Of a DNA stretch of 64,000 bases, positions 30,385 to 41,526 are shown in pieces. Location: the IMG/VR virus record IMGVR_UViG_3300025867_000005; one strand, given 5' to 3'. Made by a program: the position numbers and the translations under genes. The notes below the pieces were generated by a model, which was not told where the DNA came from, ran no database searches, and was given only the letters and a program-made list of their open reading frames with translations. Positions within the stretch are counted from its first letter, which is position 1; each line of letters starts with the position of its first letter. The stretch comes from a virus. Lineage: Duplodnaviria > Caudoviricetes.

Positions 30385-33300
30385 ATGATAAAGAAACTGA
30401 TTCTTGCCGCTTTTATGGCATTCGCGTTAGACGCATATTCAGAAACTAGCATTAAAGATTGGCTTTTGACCTTAAAGGCTAGTTCTGAACAGGCTGCTGC
30501 CCATATCGGGACGGCTTGGAAACACCTTACATCTGAAGAAAAGATTCGGGTTGGCAATGCCGTAACCAATCATCAAGATACCGTTGATTTCGGAGATATA
30601 AATATCTCTGGCACTACTATCAAGAGAAGCGCTCCAGAAGATTACTGGAAATCAATCACAATCCCAAGTTTGTCAGTCTTGGATACCGCATGGATCGGAA
30701 CCGTTTCCGTCAATAATTCGATCAGTGATCAATCATGGGGAAACACAAAAATAGCTTGGGATTATCAGCGCGGTCTTGTGTTTTCAACCTCCCCGTATTT
30801 GGGTGTTCAAACAGAAAGAGCGATTATCGGACTGGATGGTAACGTCGGGATATCTAACAACCTTCTTGTCAGTGGTTACGGACAGGCGGGAGGAATCCTT
30901 CTGTCGAACGGGACGGTAGTTCTTCCGGTAAACGGTGCCACGATGACAGAACCTGGGCAAATCGGATGGGATTCCGTATGGCAGACGCCTTCCATTAGAC
31001 TTAACGACCATGTAACCGGACAGATTTTCATGGAAGATTTCGTTTTCGTCACCAACATTACAGATATCGCTATTCCTGACGGTGCGGCGGTCTATGCGAT
31101 CGGGGTCGCAGGAAATTATCAATGTGTCTATCTTGCTACTTCTACAAATATCCTTTGCAGAACCGCGACGAAGGGTTTGACAACCGAACCGATTCCCCCA
31201 CACGGAAGCGGACATGTAACTGTTCGAGGAGGTGTCAACTTCAGTGACACCTCTATGTTTGAAGTCAAAGATGTCGTTTATCTCTCAACGACTCCGGGCG
31301 TCCTTACTTCTGTTTTGCCTCAATTTCCAGAAGACCAAATTTCTATGGGTAGTGTAGATATCGTATCTTCGACAACCGGGCGTATCAGTGTCAATATCCG
31401 TGCGATTGACAGAAAAGAAGAAAACCTTGTCGGAACCCTTTATGCCTACAATTCTAAACTTTCAGATATCAATGGTTATCATCTTCTTTCCAACGAATTT
31501 GAAAGTGTTGAAGGATATACGACATACACGACTAACGGAGTGACTAACGGACAAACGGTAATTTCTTATCTTTCTCCTGTTTCCAGAGTTACTACTTTGG
31601 CAGGAGGTGTATCGGCGACAATACGGATTTATTCAACAATAAACAAAGACGGTAATAATCCCGGAGGATTGACCGCTAAGTTGTCCGTTTATACAACGAA
31701 CATGACGGTTTTGGCATCCTATACTTCAGGATATCTTGGTTTGGATCAGAACGAAATAAAACGAGATGTGCAAATTTCAATCCTTAGCAACCAGACTTTT
31801 ACCGTTCCCGTAAGGTTCTCTTTAGACCTTATTGCACAGCATACATCAGCGACTAGAAATTATTCTGTATTTGCGGAAGACGGAAGGCCGTTAAGTGTAG
31901 AAGTTCCTCTTCCTTCCGGACAGTTTGCTTTCCGAAGCGATTTGGAAAACTATGTCCTTAAAACGACATATAACGCCGGTATGTCAAATAAACTTGATGT
32001 TTCAAACGGCACGGCGACAAATCTTACGGTTGTCAAGCCGCTTATCGTCAAAGGGACAGACCATTCGAATCAAGACGTGTTCTTCCCTCAGTCAAACGGC
32101 GTACAGGTTGTAGGCGACCCGGATCAGGATTTATTCTACGGACTAGGCGGAACAATAGGAAAGCCCGCTTGGTGGATGCAGACCTACAGGAACGAAAACA
32201 GTTCTGGAACCAACAGCCCGGAATTCATGTATTTCAGCAATGCCAGAATCGCCAAAGACATCATGATTCTTTCCGAAGGCGGTAGAATGTCAGTCAACAA
32301 GACATCGAATATCCTTGACTATCACAGCGATTACCAAGGATATCAAATGGGAGCGCTCAATGACTTGAAGTTTAGCGGAGTATATTCATATTCCAAACAG
32401 AGGAAATATGATGTCTATATTTCAAGTCTCGGGAATCCAGACAGATGGAGCTGGAAAAAGAGTTATGACAATGGGTTGACATGGGTAGAGTCTGGTGTCA
32501 CAAATGAATGCTCAACAACAAATATGGTTGTTGAAAACGGTGTCCGTGTAAGTTTTGATTATGTCACTGGACACAATCTTCATGATGCGTGGATAAGAAC
32601 CGGATATGCCCAGCTTCCACCAGCTACCGTTCATATGGCACCACAGGCATATGAAGAAATAGGGTTCACGACCAACTACAACAATGAAAGCGGATGGGAA
32701 GACCTTACCTATACAATGGCGTCTACAGTGCATTCCAGTGACAGGTACGCATTGACAAATACATCTTCTGCCATTTATCTCGGAAGGGGAATAAAAATGA
32801 ATTCCACCTTCTACAATCTTGCGGAATACGGTGTCGGCCTTGCGCTTGTTTTCGAATATTGGAACGGAAGCACATGGATGCCGATTACCGTAGGCAGTCA
32901 TCATCTTAGTGACGGAACCGCCAATTTCACCCAGTCAGGACAGGTGTCTTGGGACAAATTCCTTATTTCCGATTGGAAGACAGGGGGTGTGACAAAATAC
33001 AGCGGAGAAGATTTGTTCTGGCTTAGAGTCCGCACTTCCGTAACTCCTTCCATCCCGGCGAAAATCAAGAACATTACCCCTCAGGGAAAAGTGAGATTCG
33101 GAATAATGGGAAGACAGTACGATGACGATTACAGCTTTTATGTTGACGGTTTCGGAAGCAGCTATCAGATCAAGGGTTATCAGTCTGATACCGGTTCTAC
33201 TTTTGAAGCCAACCAGCTTATTACCGCCGGGGCCGTCAATAAGCTTCTTGATGCCTTCAGAACCTTCAATTTGTATTTTTCTACGAATTTCAATCCTGTT

Positions 33301-36300
33301 TCAGCCCCCAACAGATTGCTGACTTCAATGGCAGTGCCGGTTTGGAAAACCACAACGGCATTAAGCCCAGGCACAAACCTTGTCGCCTGTTTTGTTTCTA
33401 CGAACACCATAGGGAGCACCTTGATTCCGGCAGGAACCAAGTATTCAACAACTTATTACGCTTCTAAAACAACGTCTCAGGGAGCAAACGCCTATTGGGA
33501 ACTTATCGAAGTAGGCGACGGAATCACAAACGTTATTGCAAGTTCAGCGGAAACTCCACTTGTTCAGACGACTCCTACCATCATTTCCACATCCGTATAT
33601 CCGGCAACGAACTTCAACGTACAGTCATCCCATTATCTCGGCGTAAGAGTTTACGGAATTCGTCCGGGAAATGCCGTAAGCATGGTGCTTTACGGTGGCG
33701 GCAATTACGGGTCTTCTCTTTCAAGTCCAAGCGTCGGAACTACAGGCGGCGGGGCGGGAATTATAGACGCACCCTTAGACGGAATAGCTTACGGAAGGAA
33801 GAATCAGACTTGGGTCCAGGTCTTGGAACCCAACGGAAGCGGAGCTTCACTTAGCGGTGTCGTAAAGGAAACAGATCCTAAATATGTCAACGCCCTTACC
33901 AACGAAACAGATTCAAAGGCTCTTTCTTCTCTTGCGGATTTCGCCGCAACAAATCAGGCCAAAGCCGTTTATTCCCAAGACGGGGGACAATGGATAGACG
34001 CTACTGGTGGCGTTTGGAGAATCTATACTAATGTCTGGAAACTTACGCTTTCAGATATGGGAATTTCTATGGTTATCCCGAACCTTGGAAACCCTCTTCC
34101 TTCTTCTCGGTTTGAGATTTCAAATGTCAGTGGGGTCACCGGATTGACGTTTGTTGTAGCTCCTAGAGACGTAGGAATTGATGTCGTCGGGTTTGCTTAT
34201 CTACACAATAATGAAATGAGTTATTGGGAAGATGATTCTGTTCCTCTTGCCGAAACAAATATCATATTGGACACTTTTATCGGAAGTTTCCCTCAGAATC
34301 CAGGATATTTGAGATACGAAGCGATTGCGACCCAACTTGTAGACGGAGTTGTTTTCAAAAGTGATACCACAAACTTTGCGACAGCCGCACAGGGATTGAA
34401 GGCAGATACAGCTATTCAATCGGCTTACGGCATCACTGTTTCTTCAAACAATTTTGTTGTCGGTGTCGGCACTAGAAACACAACGATATGGCCTAACCAA
34501 ATTACTGTTTCTCAGGCGGCTGGTGTCAGCGGAGGTATAGATTCGGACGGGTTGTTTGAAAACTTTAATACCCCTCCTTATACCAGACATTTTGATTTCC
34601 CTTTAACAGCAGGTATCCTCGCCAGCCTCGCGGATGTCACGAACAGGACTGTCAACCAGATCATAATGACGACAAACGCTATGGGAATGGCCACGAATAT
34701 GAGATGGAGGGAATCCTCTGTATGGAAGTCCTATCCTTTAGGCGGCGCTTCAGAACTTCCTACCGGAGTAATTACCAACGGCTATCTTGGTGACATAGGA
34801 TTCACCAACAATCTTACGGTAGCAGGAACTAATTTCGCATCTGTATTTAATTCGGCTTCAGGAGACTTCTATCTACAGGGAACGAATTTCGGACCAAGGA
34901 TTGCAAACAGTATTACAAACGGGATGAACGAAATAACTTTAGGAGGTATTGTCCTGAGCAATGATACCGTTAATGGAGATTACGGTAATTTTACATATTC
35001 TGTTCAGTTAGGGAATCTTTCAAGCATTCAGCATCGGTCGGCTGACGGGAATGACATGATTTTCTCAGGATGGTCAAGTGATTTTAGTCACGCCTTCGAC
35101 CGTTTCAGATTATTTGCAGACGGAGGGGCTATCTTCCCTACTGGAAACGTTTATACCGTAAATTCCGGAACCATCACCAATCAGGTCGTTGTTTCCCCTG
35201 TCGGAAGCAACCAGGTTTCCCAACTTTGGAAAGGCAGCAATACGGAATTTCAGGCTCTAGTCGTTACAGATCCGAATAGCCTCTATGTTGTCTCTGATGA
35301 CAACAGCGTATACAGTGACAATGGAATCTATCATCCGGTAGAAACCTACAATGTATTCCTTGCTCCTGTGACGACCATTGTCTCGCTCGCACAGGATAAG
35401 ACGGTTTACAGAATCAACGTCGATACGAATGCCATTCTTGCAGTAGATTCTTCAGCCATGAATCTAACAGATAGGGAAGCAAAATTTGACCTCGAATTGA
35501 ATGTTTCGGAACCCAACCTTCCTATCAGTTTCGTCGGGTTTGAATTCAGTCAGACTCCTGACCTTTCGGCAACGGGGATATACAGATACGTATGTAATGT
35601 TATTGACAACCAGAAAGTCATTGTAACCATCCCTACTATTACCGGTCTAGCCTATGTTCCTTATACCGGAGCCACAGGCACCGTTGATATCGGAACCAAT
35701 TCAATCAAGATCGGAGGCAACGCCCTTGTCGACAAAGTTCTGACGGTAAACGGATATGCAGAGGTTTCAAACAGGATAGAACTTCTTGGACCAGGAAGTT
35801 ATATCGGAGGTTTGGATGTTCTTTCAGGAGATTATTCTGGAAGCACGAAAGCTGTGTCTGGAACCTTCCTTTATCAAGAGCTGTACACTTCTTTCACGAA
35901 TTCCGTTACGAATTCAATGCAGATTTCAGATCAGCATCTTTCCCAGATGTTGCAAACGAATATCAATCCTAGAATTCTGTCTGTTGAGTCAAATTCCTTG
36001 GAATTTTCAGAATGGCTGCCTACAAACACATATGTAAAAGTGGAAGAAGATCCGATTGCCGGACCCAGAATCACAGAACTCGAAAACCATACGAATAACT
36101 GGAACCAAGCTTATTCATGGGGAAACCATGCGGTTGCCGGATATCTTCTGATTTCTGACTTCACGGAATGGAAATCCACAAATACCTATGTGAAGACGGA
36201 AGTAGATCCACATTTCTTCGAATGGCTGGGAACAAATACTTATCCGAAGACAGACAGCGGGGCTTCAGCCTTCCGCTATTACAACTACGGAAATCCGGAA

Positions 36301-37065
36301 ACGGAAGAAAGTCCGGAAGCGTGGTTTACATTCGATGCCGGAACCATCACAGCATTCGATTATGTCGCGGGAAGAGAAAAGGTTGTCATACCTTGGGAAA
36401 TCGGAGGTGTGCCTGTTGTGAAAATCGGGAATTCAGCGTTTTCAGGAGATTCGATTACCAACGTCTATGTTCCTAGAAGCGTGACGAATATCGGAAATTC
36501 GGCTTTCATGAACTGCGCCAGTCTTGCGGCTGTCTATTATTCCTGTGACGTTCCCGTTGAAGGAGTCGGAATATTTCTGTCTGCCCCCGGCGTTACAAAC
36601 TATATCGTCAATCTGTTTGCCAAGAACTGGGGAACGGAATACGGAAGCCGTCCTGTCGTAAGGGCATCTGTCTATTCCGACAGCTTCTATCAAGGTGGCC
36701 AGCTTGTAGCGACGACGCAATACGTCAATCAGGTTATTTCTTCAACGATATCTCCTGAAACCGACCCCTATATGGAATGGACGGGGCAGGTCGTTCCAAG
36801 CGGAAGCAGCGCAACAATTACGGCGGCACACGGAAGTCTTCCTTATCTTATCCTTACGAGGACGACTACCTTGTCTATAGATTCAACTGGCTTCGGCACA
36901 TCTGGCGTCAGTAGGATTTCTTTAAGCGTTCAGGCTGGAAGTTATACCTTGAATATGGACGAAAATATCACGCTATCGACAGAAATAAGTCTCCCTACTA
37001 CAGGGTGGGGAACTATTTTGTTGCGTAGAGTATCAAACGATGCATGGAAGGCGGCACAACTTTGA
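30385..37065 (+). CDS. very large tail-fibre-like protein with signal peptide and C-terminal BspA-like LRR segment
   Basis: GGAG SD before ATG 30385; DAPLDG.AYGRK..W, FATAAQG.KADTA, YVPYTGAT, ETDP motifs; VIP.EI.G.PV..IG..AF. Confidence 0.75.
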   Translation: MIKKLILAAFMAFALDAYSETSIKDWLLTLKASSEQAAAHIGTAWKHLTSEEKIRVGNAVTNHQDTVDFGDINISGTTIKRSAPEDYWKSITIPSLSVLDTAWIGTVSVNNSISDQSWGNTKIAWDYQRGLVFSTSPYLGVQTERAIIGLDGNVGISNNLLVSGYGQAGGILLSNGTVVLPVNGATMTEPGQIGWDSVWQTPSIRLNDHVTGQIFMEDFVFVTNITDIAIPDGAAVYAIGVAGNYQCVYLATSTNILCRTATKGLTTEPIPPHGSGHVTVRGGVNFSDTSMFEVKDVVYLSTTPGVLTSVLPQFPEDQISMGSVDIVSSTTGRISVNIRAIDRKEENLVGTLYAYNSKLSDINGYHLLSNEFESVEGYTTYTTNGVTNGQTVISYLSPVSRVTTLAGGVSATIRIYSTINKDGNNPGGLTAKLSVYTTNMTVLASYTSGYLGLDQNEIKRDVQISILSNQTFTVPVRFSLDLIAQHTSATRNYSVFAEDGRPLSVEVPLPSGQFAFRSDLENYVLKTTYNAGMSNKLDVSNGTATNLTVVKPLIVKGTDHSNQDVFFPQSNGVQVVGDPDQDLFYGLGGTIGKPAWWMQTYRNENSSGTNSPEFMYFSNARIAKDIMILSEGGRMSVNKTSNILDYHSDYQGYQMGALNDLKFSGVYSYSKQRKYDVYISSLGNPDRWSWKKSYDNGLTWVESGVTNECSTTNMVVENGVRVSFDYVTGHNLHDAWIRTGYAQLPPATVHMAPQAYEEIGFTTNYNNESGWEDLTYTMASTVHSSDRYALTNTSSAIYLGRGIKMNSTFYNLAEYGVGLALVFEYWNGSTWMPITVGSHHLSDGTANFTQSGQVSWDKFLISDWKTGGVTKYSGEDLFWLRVRTSVTPSIPAKIKNITPQGKVRFGIMGRQYDDDYSFYVDGFGSSYQIKGYQSDTGSTFEANQLITAGAVNKLLDAFRTFNLYFSTNFNPVSAPNRLLTSMAVPVWKTTTALSPGTNLVACFVSTNTIGSTLIPAGTKYSTTYYASKTTSQGANAYWELIEVGDGITNVIASSAETPLVQTTPTIISTSVYPATNFNVQSSHYLGVRVYGIRPGNAVSMVLYGGGNYGSSLSSPSVGTTGGGAGIIDAPLDGIAYGRKNQTWVQVLEPNGSGASLSGVVKETDPKYVNALTNETDSKALSSLADFAATNQAKAVYSQDGGQWIDATGGVWRIYTNVWKLTLSDMGISMVIPNLGNPLPSSRFEISNVSGVTGLTFVVAPRDVGIDVVGFAYLHNNEMSYWEDDSVPLAETNIILDTFIGSFPQNPGYLRYEAIATQLVDGVVFKSDTTNFATAAQGLKADTAIQSAYGITVSSNNFVVGVGTRNTTIWPNQITVSQAAGVSGGIDSDGLFENFNTPPYTRHFDFPLTAGILASLADVTNRTVNQIIMTTNAMGMATNMRWRESSVWKSYPLGGASELPTGVITNGYLGDIGFTNNLTVAGTNFASVFNSASGDFYLQGTNFGPRIANSITNGMNEITLGGIVLSNDTVNGDYGNFTYSVQLGNLSSIQHRSADGNDMIFSGWSSDFSHAFDRFRLFADGGAIFPTGNVYTVNSGTITNQVVVSPVGSNQVSQLWKGSNTEFQALVVTDPNSLYVVSDDNSVYSDNGIYHPVETYNVFLAPVTTIVSLAQDKTVYRINVDTNAILAVDSSAMNLTDREAKFDLELNVSEPNLPISFVGFEFSQTPDLSATGIYRYVCNVIDNQKVIVTIPTITGLAYVPYTGATGTVDIGTNSIKIGGNALVDKVLTVNGYAEVSNRIELLGPGSYIGGLDVLSGDYSGSTKAVSGTFLYQELYTSFTNSVTNSMQISDQHLSQMLQTNINPRILSVESNSLEFSEWLPTNTYVKVEEDPIAGPRITELENHTNNWNQAYSWGNHAVAGYLLISDFTEWKSTNTYVKTEVDPHFFEWLGTNTYPKTDSGASAFRYYNYGNPETEESPEAWFTFDAGTITAFDYVAGREKVVIPWEIGGVPVVKIGNSAFSGDSITNVYVPRSVTNIGNSAFMNCASLAAVYYSCDVPVEGVGIFLSAPGVTNYIVNLFAKNWGTEYGSRPVVRASVYSDSFYQGGQLVATTQYVNQVISSTISPETDPYMEWTGQVVPSGSSATITAAHGSLPYLILTRTTTLSIDSTGFGTSGVSRISLSVQAGSYTLNMDENITLSTEISLPTTGWGTILLRRVSNDAWKAAQL

Positions 37066-38201
37066 AAACATTAATTTTAACCCTATTACTCCCTCTTTAC
37101 TGTTTCGGGTCTTTCAACCAAGACTTTGATGAAAATTTTCTTTCGGCTCTCTCGACACAGCCGACAGGAACGGTTTTGACTTTCACATATGAAACCACAT
37201 ATCCGTCTGCAATCGTATTAGGGTCAACTTACTCTGGGCCAGCAGATGCGTCAAAAGCATTATATAATGCTGGAAACGGATGGAAACAGTACTCTTCAAA
37301 AACGATAAACGTGTCATCGAAGAAAATCTTTTTCAAGGGAGACTGGAGGACAGGTGCCGGAACTATTGCACAACTTTTCAACCAAACGTTTACAAACAAT
37401 CATTATGTCTCGATGTCCGGAGGATTTGATATCAACGGAAGCTATAAACCAAATATGTTTCAATCTGTTTTCTACGGATGTAACGGAATACGAAGCATAC
37501 CTTCTGGACTTTTCGGAAGCGTAACCGGGATGCCGCAAATAGGAATGTGTCAGTCGACGTTTAGTAGCTGTAATGCCATTACGGGCGCTATCCCAAGCAA
37601 TTTGTTTGGAAACATTGAAGGACCGTATGCTAATAATATGTTCGCATATACTTTTTATAACTGTTCGAAACTGACAAACGACATTCCTGCCAATCTTTTC
37701 GGATCGGTAACAGGGGCTCCTGCATATGCGATGTTCCAATCAACATTCAGCGGGTGTACCTCTTTACGGACGATACCTGATTATCTGTTCGGAGACCTCA
37801 AAGGAGCTCCATCCGGATACATGTTTGATAAAACGTTTTACAATTGTAGAGGGATTACAAATCTGCCATATGGAATCTTTGGAAGTTTTGGAAACGGGTT
37901 GATCGGACCTCCTGCTCCTGATATGTTTAGTCAAACATTCCGAGACTGTATAGGTCTTACAACTCTGCCTTATGCATTATTCCAAGGTCTTACCACTGGC
38001 ACAGCTCAAAACAACATGTTTCTGTATACCTTTTACGGCTGTAAAAATATCACATCGAGTTCTGCGACTTTAAACAGCGGCGTAAAACTCTATACCAAAT
38101 TCCCTGCTCCAGACTTTACGTTCGTTCATATCGGCGGATGTTTCAAAGATTGTACAAGCATGTCAGACTATGCCACGATGCCAGATGTCTGGAAACAATA
38201 A
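37062..38201 (+). CDS. exported BspA-like leucine-rich-repeat protein
   Basis: TTG start overlapping upstream TGA; hydrophobic N-terminus; ~31-aa MF..TF..C..L...IP..LFG repeats. Confidence 0.8.
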   Translation: MKTLILTLLLPLYCFGSFNQDFDENFLSALSTQPTGTVLTFTYETTYPSAIVLGSTYSGPADASKALYNAGNGWKQYSSKTINVSSKKIFFKGDWRTGAGTIAQLFNQTFTNNHYVSMSGGFDINGSYKPNMFQSVFYGCNGIRSIPSGLFGSVTGMPQIGMCQSTFSSCNAITGAIPSNLFGNIEGPYANNMFAYTFYNCSKLTNDIPANLFGSVTGAPAYAMFQSTFSGCTSLRTIPDYLFGDLKGAPSGYMFDKTFYNCRGITNLPYGIFGSFGNGLIGPPAPDMFSQTFRDCIGLTTLPYALFQGLTTGTAQNNMFLYTFYGCKNITSSSATLNSGVKLYTKFPAPDFTFVHIGGCFKDCTSMSDYATMPDVWKQ

Positions 38202-38235
38202 AGAAAATCTGTTTTTCAATGGGGGACCAATCAAA

Positions 38236-39372
38236 ATGTCTAAAACTTTTACACTCACCATATTGTCTGTCCTATCGGCTTTCATTTGTACGGCGGAGCT
38301 TTATGTCAAGGATTCAGGTCATACAAACAAAGCTTTCGTTTATGTCAAGCAAAGAGAAGGGTCTATTACCAACGGTTCTAATATCTGTGCCGTCTACAGC
38401 GGAGACAAGCTTGTAAGCAATCCGAGAAGGAAAAGTTTTCCAACCAGTCTTGAACCTATTCTTACATTTACGTATTTAAGTGGACATCCGTCTTCAATAA
38501 ATCTTTTTTCCTCCTATCCCGGCCCCGCCAATCCAGATAAGGCTTTTTATGATTCCGGACAGGGTTGGACGACCTATACGGGTCGTACGATTCCTGTCTA
38601 CGGGAACCGTGTCAGATTCAAAGGAGATTGGAGAGACAGCGAAGGAAGATTTTATCGGATGTTCGATTCTACTTTCGGAAGAGACAATCCTGTAAAACTT
38701 ACAGGAAAATTCGACACAAGAGGTTTGCAGTTTGTCCCTGAAATGTTCTATTCTACCTTTCAGACTTGTTCCGGCCTTACCGGACCTATTCCAAAAGACC
38801 TTTTCGGAGACGTATCCGGGACGCCACAAGCATATGTGTTTTATTCCACATTTTACTTTGACGGAAATCTTTCTGAAATTCCACCTGGTCTTTTCAGCAG
38901 GCTTTCAGGAAATTATGCGGATTCCATGTTCCGATACACATTCTACGGCTGTATAGGGATTACAAATTCAATCTCAGACAATTTCTTCGGAAATCTTTCA
39001 GGGAATCCTTCACAGTACATGTTTACCGCGACATTCGGAGGTTGTCAAAAACTTACGGGAGATATTCCGAACAAGCTTTTCGGAAACATTTCGGGAACTC
39101 CTGCGACCGGCATGTTCAGAGAAACATTTATGAACTGCACAAAGCTTTCAGGGAACATCCCTGTCGGCTTGTTCGGAGATATATCAGGCACGCTTCCTAC
39201 CTATGCTTTTTTATCGACATTCATCAATTGCTACGATCTTACAGGGCCTTCGGCGTTAATGCCGGACGGCACAACCTATCTTTATCAACAGTTTTCTGGA
39301 TATACCACCACCTGTTACCAGAATTGCACCAACCTTTCGGATTATGCTTCGATTCCGACTGGATGGAAGTAG
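38236..39372 (+). CDS. exported BspA-like LRR protein (paralogue)
   Basis: signal-like N-terminus; same FKGDWR domain, repeats and Y..IP..WK end. Confidence 0.8.
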   Translation: MSKTFTLTILSVLSAFICTAELYVKDSGHTNKAFVYVKQREGSITNGSNICAVYSGDKLVSNPRRKSFPTSLEPILTFTYLSGHPSSINLFSSYPGPANPDKAFYDSGQGWTTYTGRTIPVYGNRVRFKGDWRDSEGRFYRMFDSTFGRDNPVKLTGKFDTRGLQFVPEMFYSTFQTCSGLTGPIPKDLFGDVSGTPQAYVFYSTFYFDGNLSEIPPGLFSRLSGNYADSMFRYTFYGCIGITNSISDNFFGNLSGNPSQYMFTATFGGCQKLTGDIPNKLFGNISGTPATGMFRETFMNCTKLSGNIPVGLFGDISGTLPTYAFLSTFINCYDLTGPSALMPDGTTYLYQQFSGYTTTCYQNCTNLSDYASIPTGWK

Positions 39373-39433
39373 GAATTGCTTATGTCTGTTTTGAAAACTC
39401 TTTTGATAAAAGTAACAACTTAGAGGTGAAGAC

Positions 39434-39892
39434 ATGATCATTTATACAGCGATTAAAGAGTTTGTCATCAAACCGGAAAACATCTTGGTTTCGATAGGCG
39501 ACACTCTCAATAAGTTTGAAAACGCCGTTATGGTTTCAGTAGGTGGACAAAACCTTACTGAGCGTACGTTTTATATGTGGGTAGGAATGCCTGAAAGTTT
39601 GGACTATCTATCAGAATCTTCCATCCTTCCTGATCCGCCTGTTCCAGGCGACGGCAATACGGCAGGAGGCACAGAAACATTAGCAGCGGGATTGGAAAGC
39701 CTTACTGTTACAGGAAAAGGCTGGTCATTTACCCCTTCTTCCGTTGTAGCGATTGTATGCAAACCGGCCAATGGGTCCAACATTATAGCTTCAATCATCA
39801 GCGGGTCGATTTCTTCCAACGGATTCACGGCGGAATTTTCCGCTCCTATTCCTGATTCAAGTTATACTTTATTGTATATCGCTTCTGCTTAA
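39434..39892 (+). CDS. putative virion structural protein
   Basis: GAGGTG SD; beta-rich C-terminal domain (ISSNGFTAEFSAP). Confidence 0.65.
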   Translation: MIIYTAIKEFVIKPENILVSIGDTLNKFENAVMVSVGGQNLTERTFYMWVGMPESLDYLSESSILPDPPVPGDGNTAGGTETLAAGLESLTVTGKGWSFTPSSVVAIVCKPANGSNIIASIISGSISSNGFTAEFSAPIPDSSYTLLYIASA

Positions 39893-39907
39893 TATATGGA
39901 GGTAGAG

Positions 39908-41524
39908 ATGAGAAAGATTTTGTTTTCATGTGTCGCTTTTTTGCTTTTCGGACTTTCCTGCTTTGCGGCTGGAGAAACCCCGATATCCAATCTGAAACTG
40001 ATGACAACTGCCAACGGAAACCTTAATTCCTTTACGAATTTGGGAACCCTTCAATCATCTACTGGCGCTTTTTCTGTTGTTAATGTCGGAGGCGTTACTC
40101 ATAACAGTATGGGAGAAACGACAATCCTTGAAACTTGGACAAACGAAGTCGGGAACGTCACGTCCCAAAAGGTCGTTACGGCAGGAACAACCAACCTGTC
40201 TTATTACGGAGCCGGAACTGGTTCTGGAGGTATTACAAACGGACAGACTGGGGATATCGTTCTAGGAGACGTTAAGATATCCGGTTCGTCAATTTCATCT
40301 GCTCTTGATCCTAGTACGGGAGTTATAAATTTGTTTGAAGGATCGTACTTGATAGATTCTAAGCTTGGATCGGCTTTTGGCGGACGTTATAATACTCCAT
40401 CGATTATTTCATATGGACAGAATGGTGGTGTCGGAGACGCTGACCTATATCGTGGATTTAGTTATAAATACGGACCTCTGGTTTATCAAGTTATGCATGA
40501 CGGTAGCATTATGACTTCCAATAGCATCACGGCTTATGGAACCAATACGGCTTTACGTTTTCAAACAGTAAAAAATGGCGTTACTTCTGTTGTGGTAACA
40601 TCTGATTCCTCTGTTTCGAATACCGTGGAGAAACTTTGGAAGGGTAATGCTGCTGAAGTCACAGCTATTACGAATGTAGAACCCGACACGATATATTTCG
40701 CAGCAAGTGATTCTACAGTTTTTTCAGATACTGGAATTTATCATCCGACTGAGATTTACAATGTTTATACCGATCCTCAGACGACTGTCGTGTTAGTTGT
40801 AGAATCTAAGAACGTATATAAGATCAATGTCAACACCAATTCAATTATTGTTATGGATGCTTCAACTCTTAATTTCACAAACAGAGAAGCAAAATTTGAA
40901 CTAGACCTGAATATAACCGTTACGAATATCCCATCGATTACGTTTGTCGGGTTTGAATTCCAACAGGAACCTGATTTTACCGTAACGGGTTGTTATAAAT
41001 TTGCATGTAGCATGATAGACACTACCACTGTACAGGCTAGGCAGACTTATCCGACAGTGTATGAATGGAAAAAACTTATAGGAGTTTCAGATACTGGACA
41101 GAATGAACCACGTAATGGGGTAATAATTAAAGTCATTGTTGCATCAGAAATAACTAATTTCTTTCAGTTTTATGTCCCAGATCGTGAAGCATTAATTTTA
41201 GACATGAGAGCGTTTATTTATTATCTTGACAGAGACACACCATTTCATATTTCCTATGCAAGATCTGAGCTATCTGATTACTCTACTTTTCAAGATCCAA
41301 TAACTAATTATGTTCCAAGTGCAAATCAGAGTGGAATAAGTTCTGGATATACTGGTACAAAAATGTTCGTTCCTCATGTTGATCAGGACTTCACTGAATT
41401 GGGATTGAAAATAGTTATCATGAAACCTGCAATATCCAATGGTGACTGGATGTTATATACACCATTTTCTCGTAGAGCTAACGAACTAGAAATCAAGGCT
41501 TACAATGCTGGCTGGAGACCTTAA
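39908..41524 (+). CDS. fibre-like protein with signal peptide; shares modules with 26745 and 30385 proteins
   Basis: MRKILFSCVAFLLFGLSCFA; GIYHP.E.YNV, REAKF.L.LN, QARQTYPT, ANELEIKA. Confidence 0.75.
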   Translation: MRKILFSCVAFLLFGLSCFAAGETPISNLKLMTTANGNLNSFTNLGTLQSSTGAFSVVNVGGVTHNSMGETTILETWTNEVGNVTSQKVVTAGTTNLSYYGAGTGSGGITNGQTGDIVLGDVKISGSSISSALDPSTGVINLFEGSYLIDSKLGSAFGGRYNTPSIISYGQNGGVGDADLYRGFSYKYGPLVYQVMHDGSIMTSNSITAYGTNTALRFQTVKNGVTSVVVTSDSSVSNTVEKLWKGNAAEVTAITNVEPDTIYFAASDSTVFSDTGIYHPTEIYNVYTDPQTTVVLVVESKNVYKINVNTNSIIVMDASTLNFTNREAKFELDLNITVTNIPSITFVGFEFQQEPDFTVTGCYKFACSMIDTTTVQARQTYPTVYEWKKLIGVSDTGQNEPRNGVIIKVIVASEITNFFQFYVPDREALILDMRAFIYYLDRDTPFHISYARSELSDYSTFQDPITNYVPSANQSGISSGYTGTKMFVPHVDQDFTELGLKIVIMKPAISNGDWMLYTPFSRRANELEIKAYNAGWRP

Positions 41525-41526
41525 TC

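Noticed and set aside
39370-39429. Readthrough of the TAG ending 38236..39372
   Set aside because: Paralogues end at the same place (WK* and WKQ*), so this is probably a true stop.
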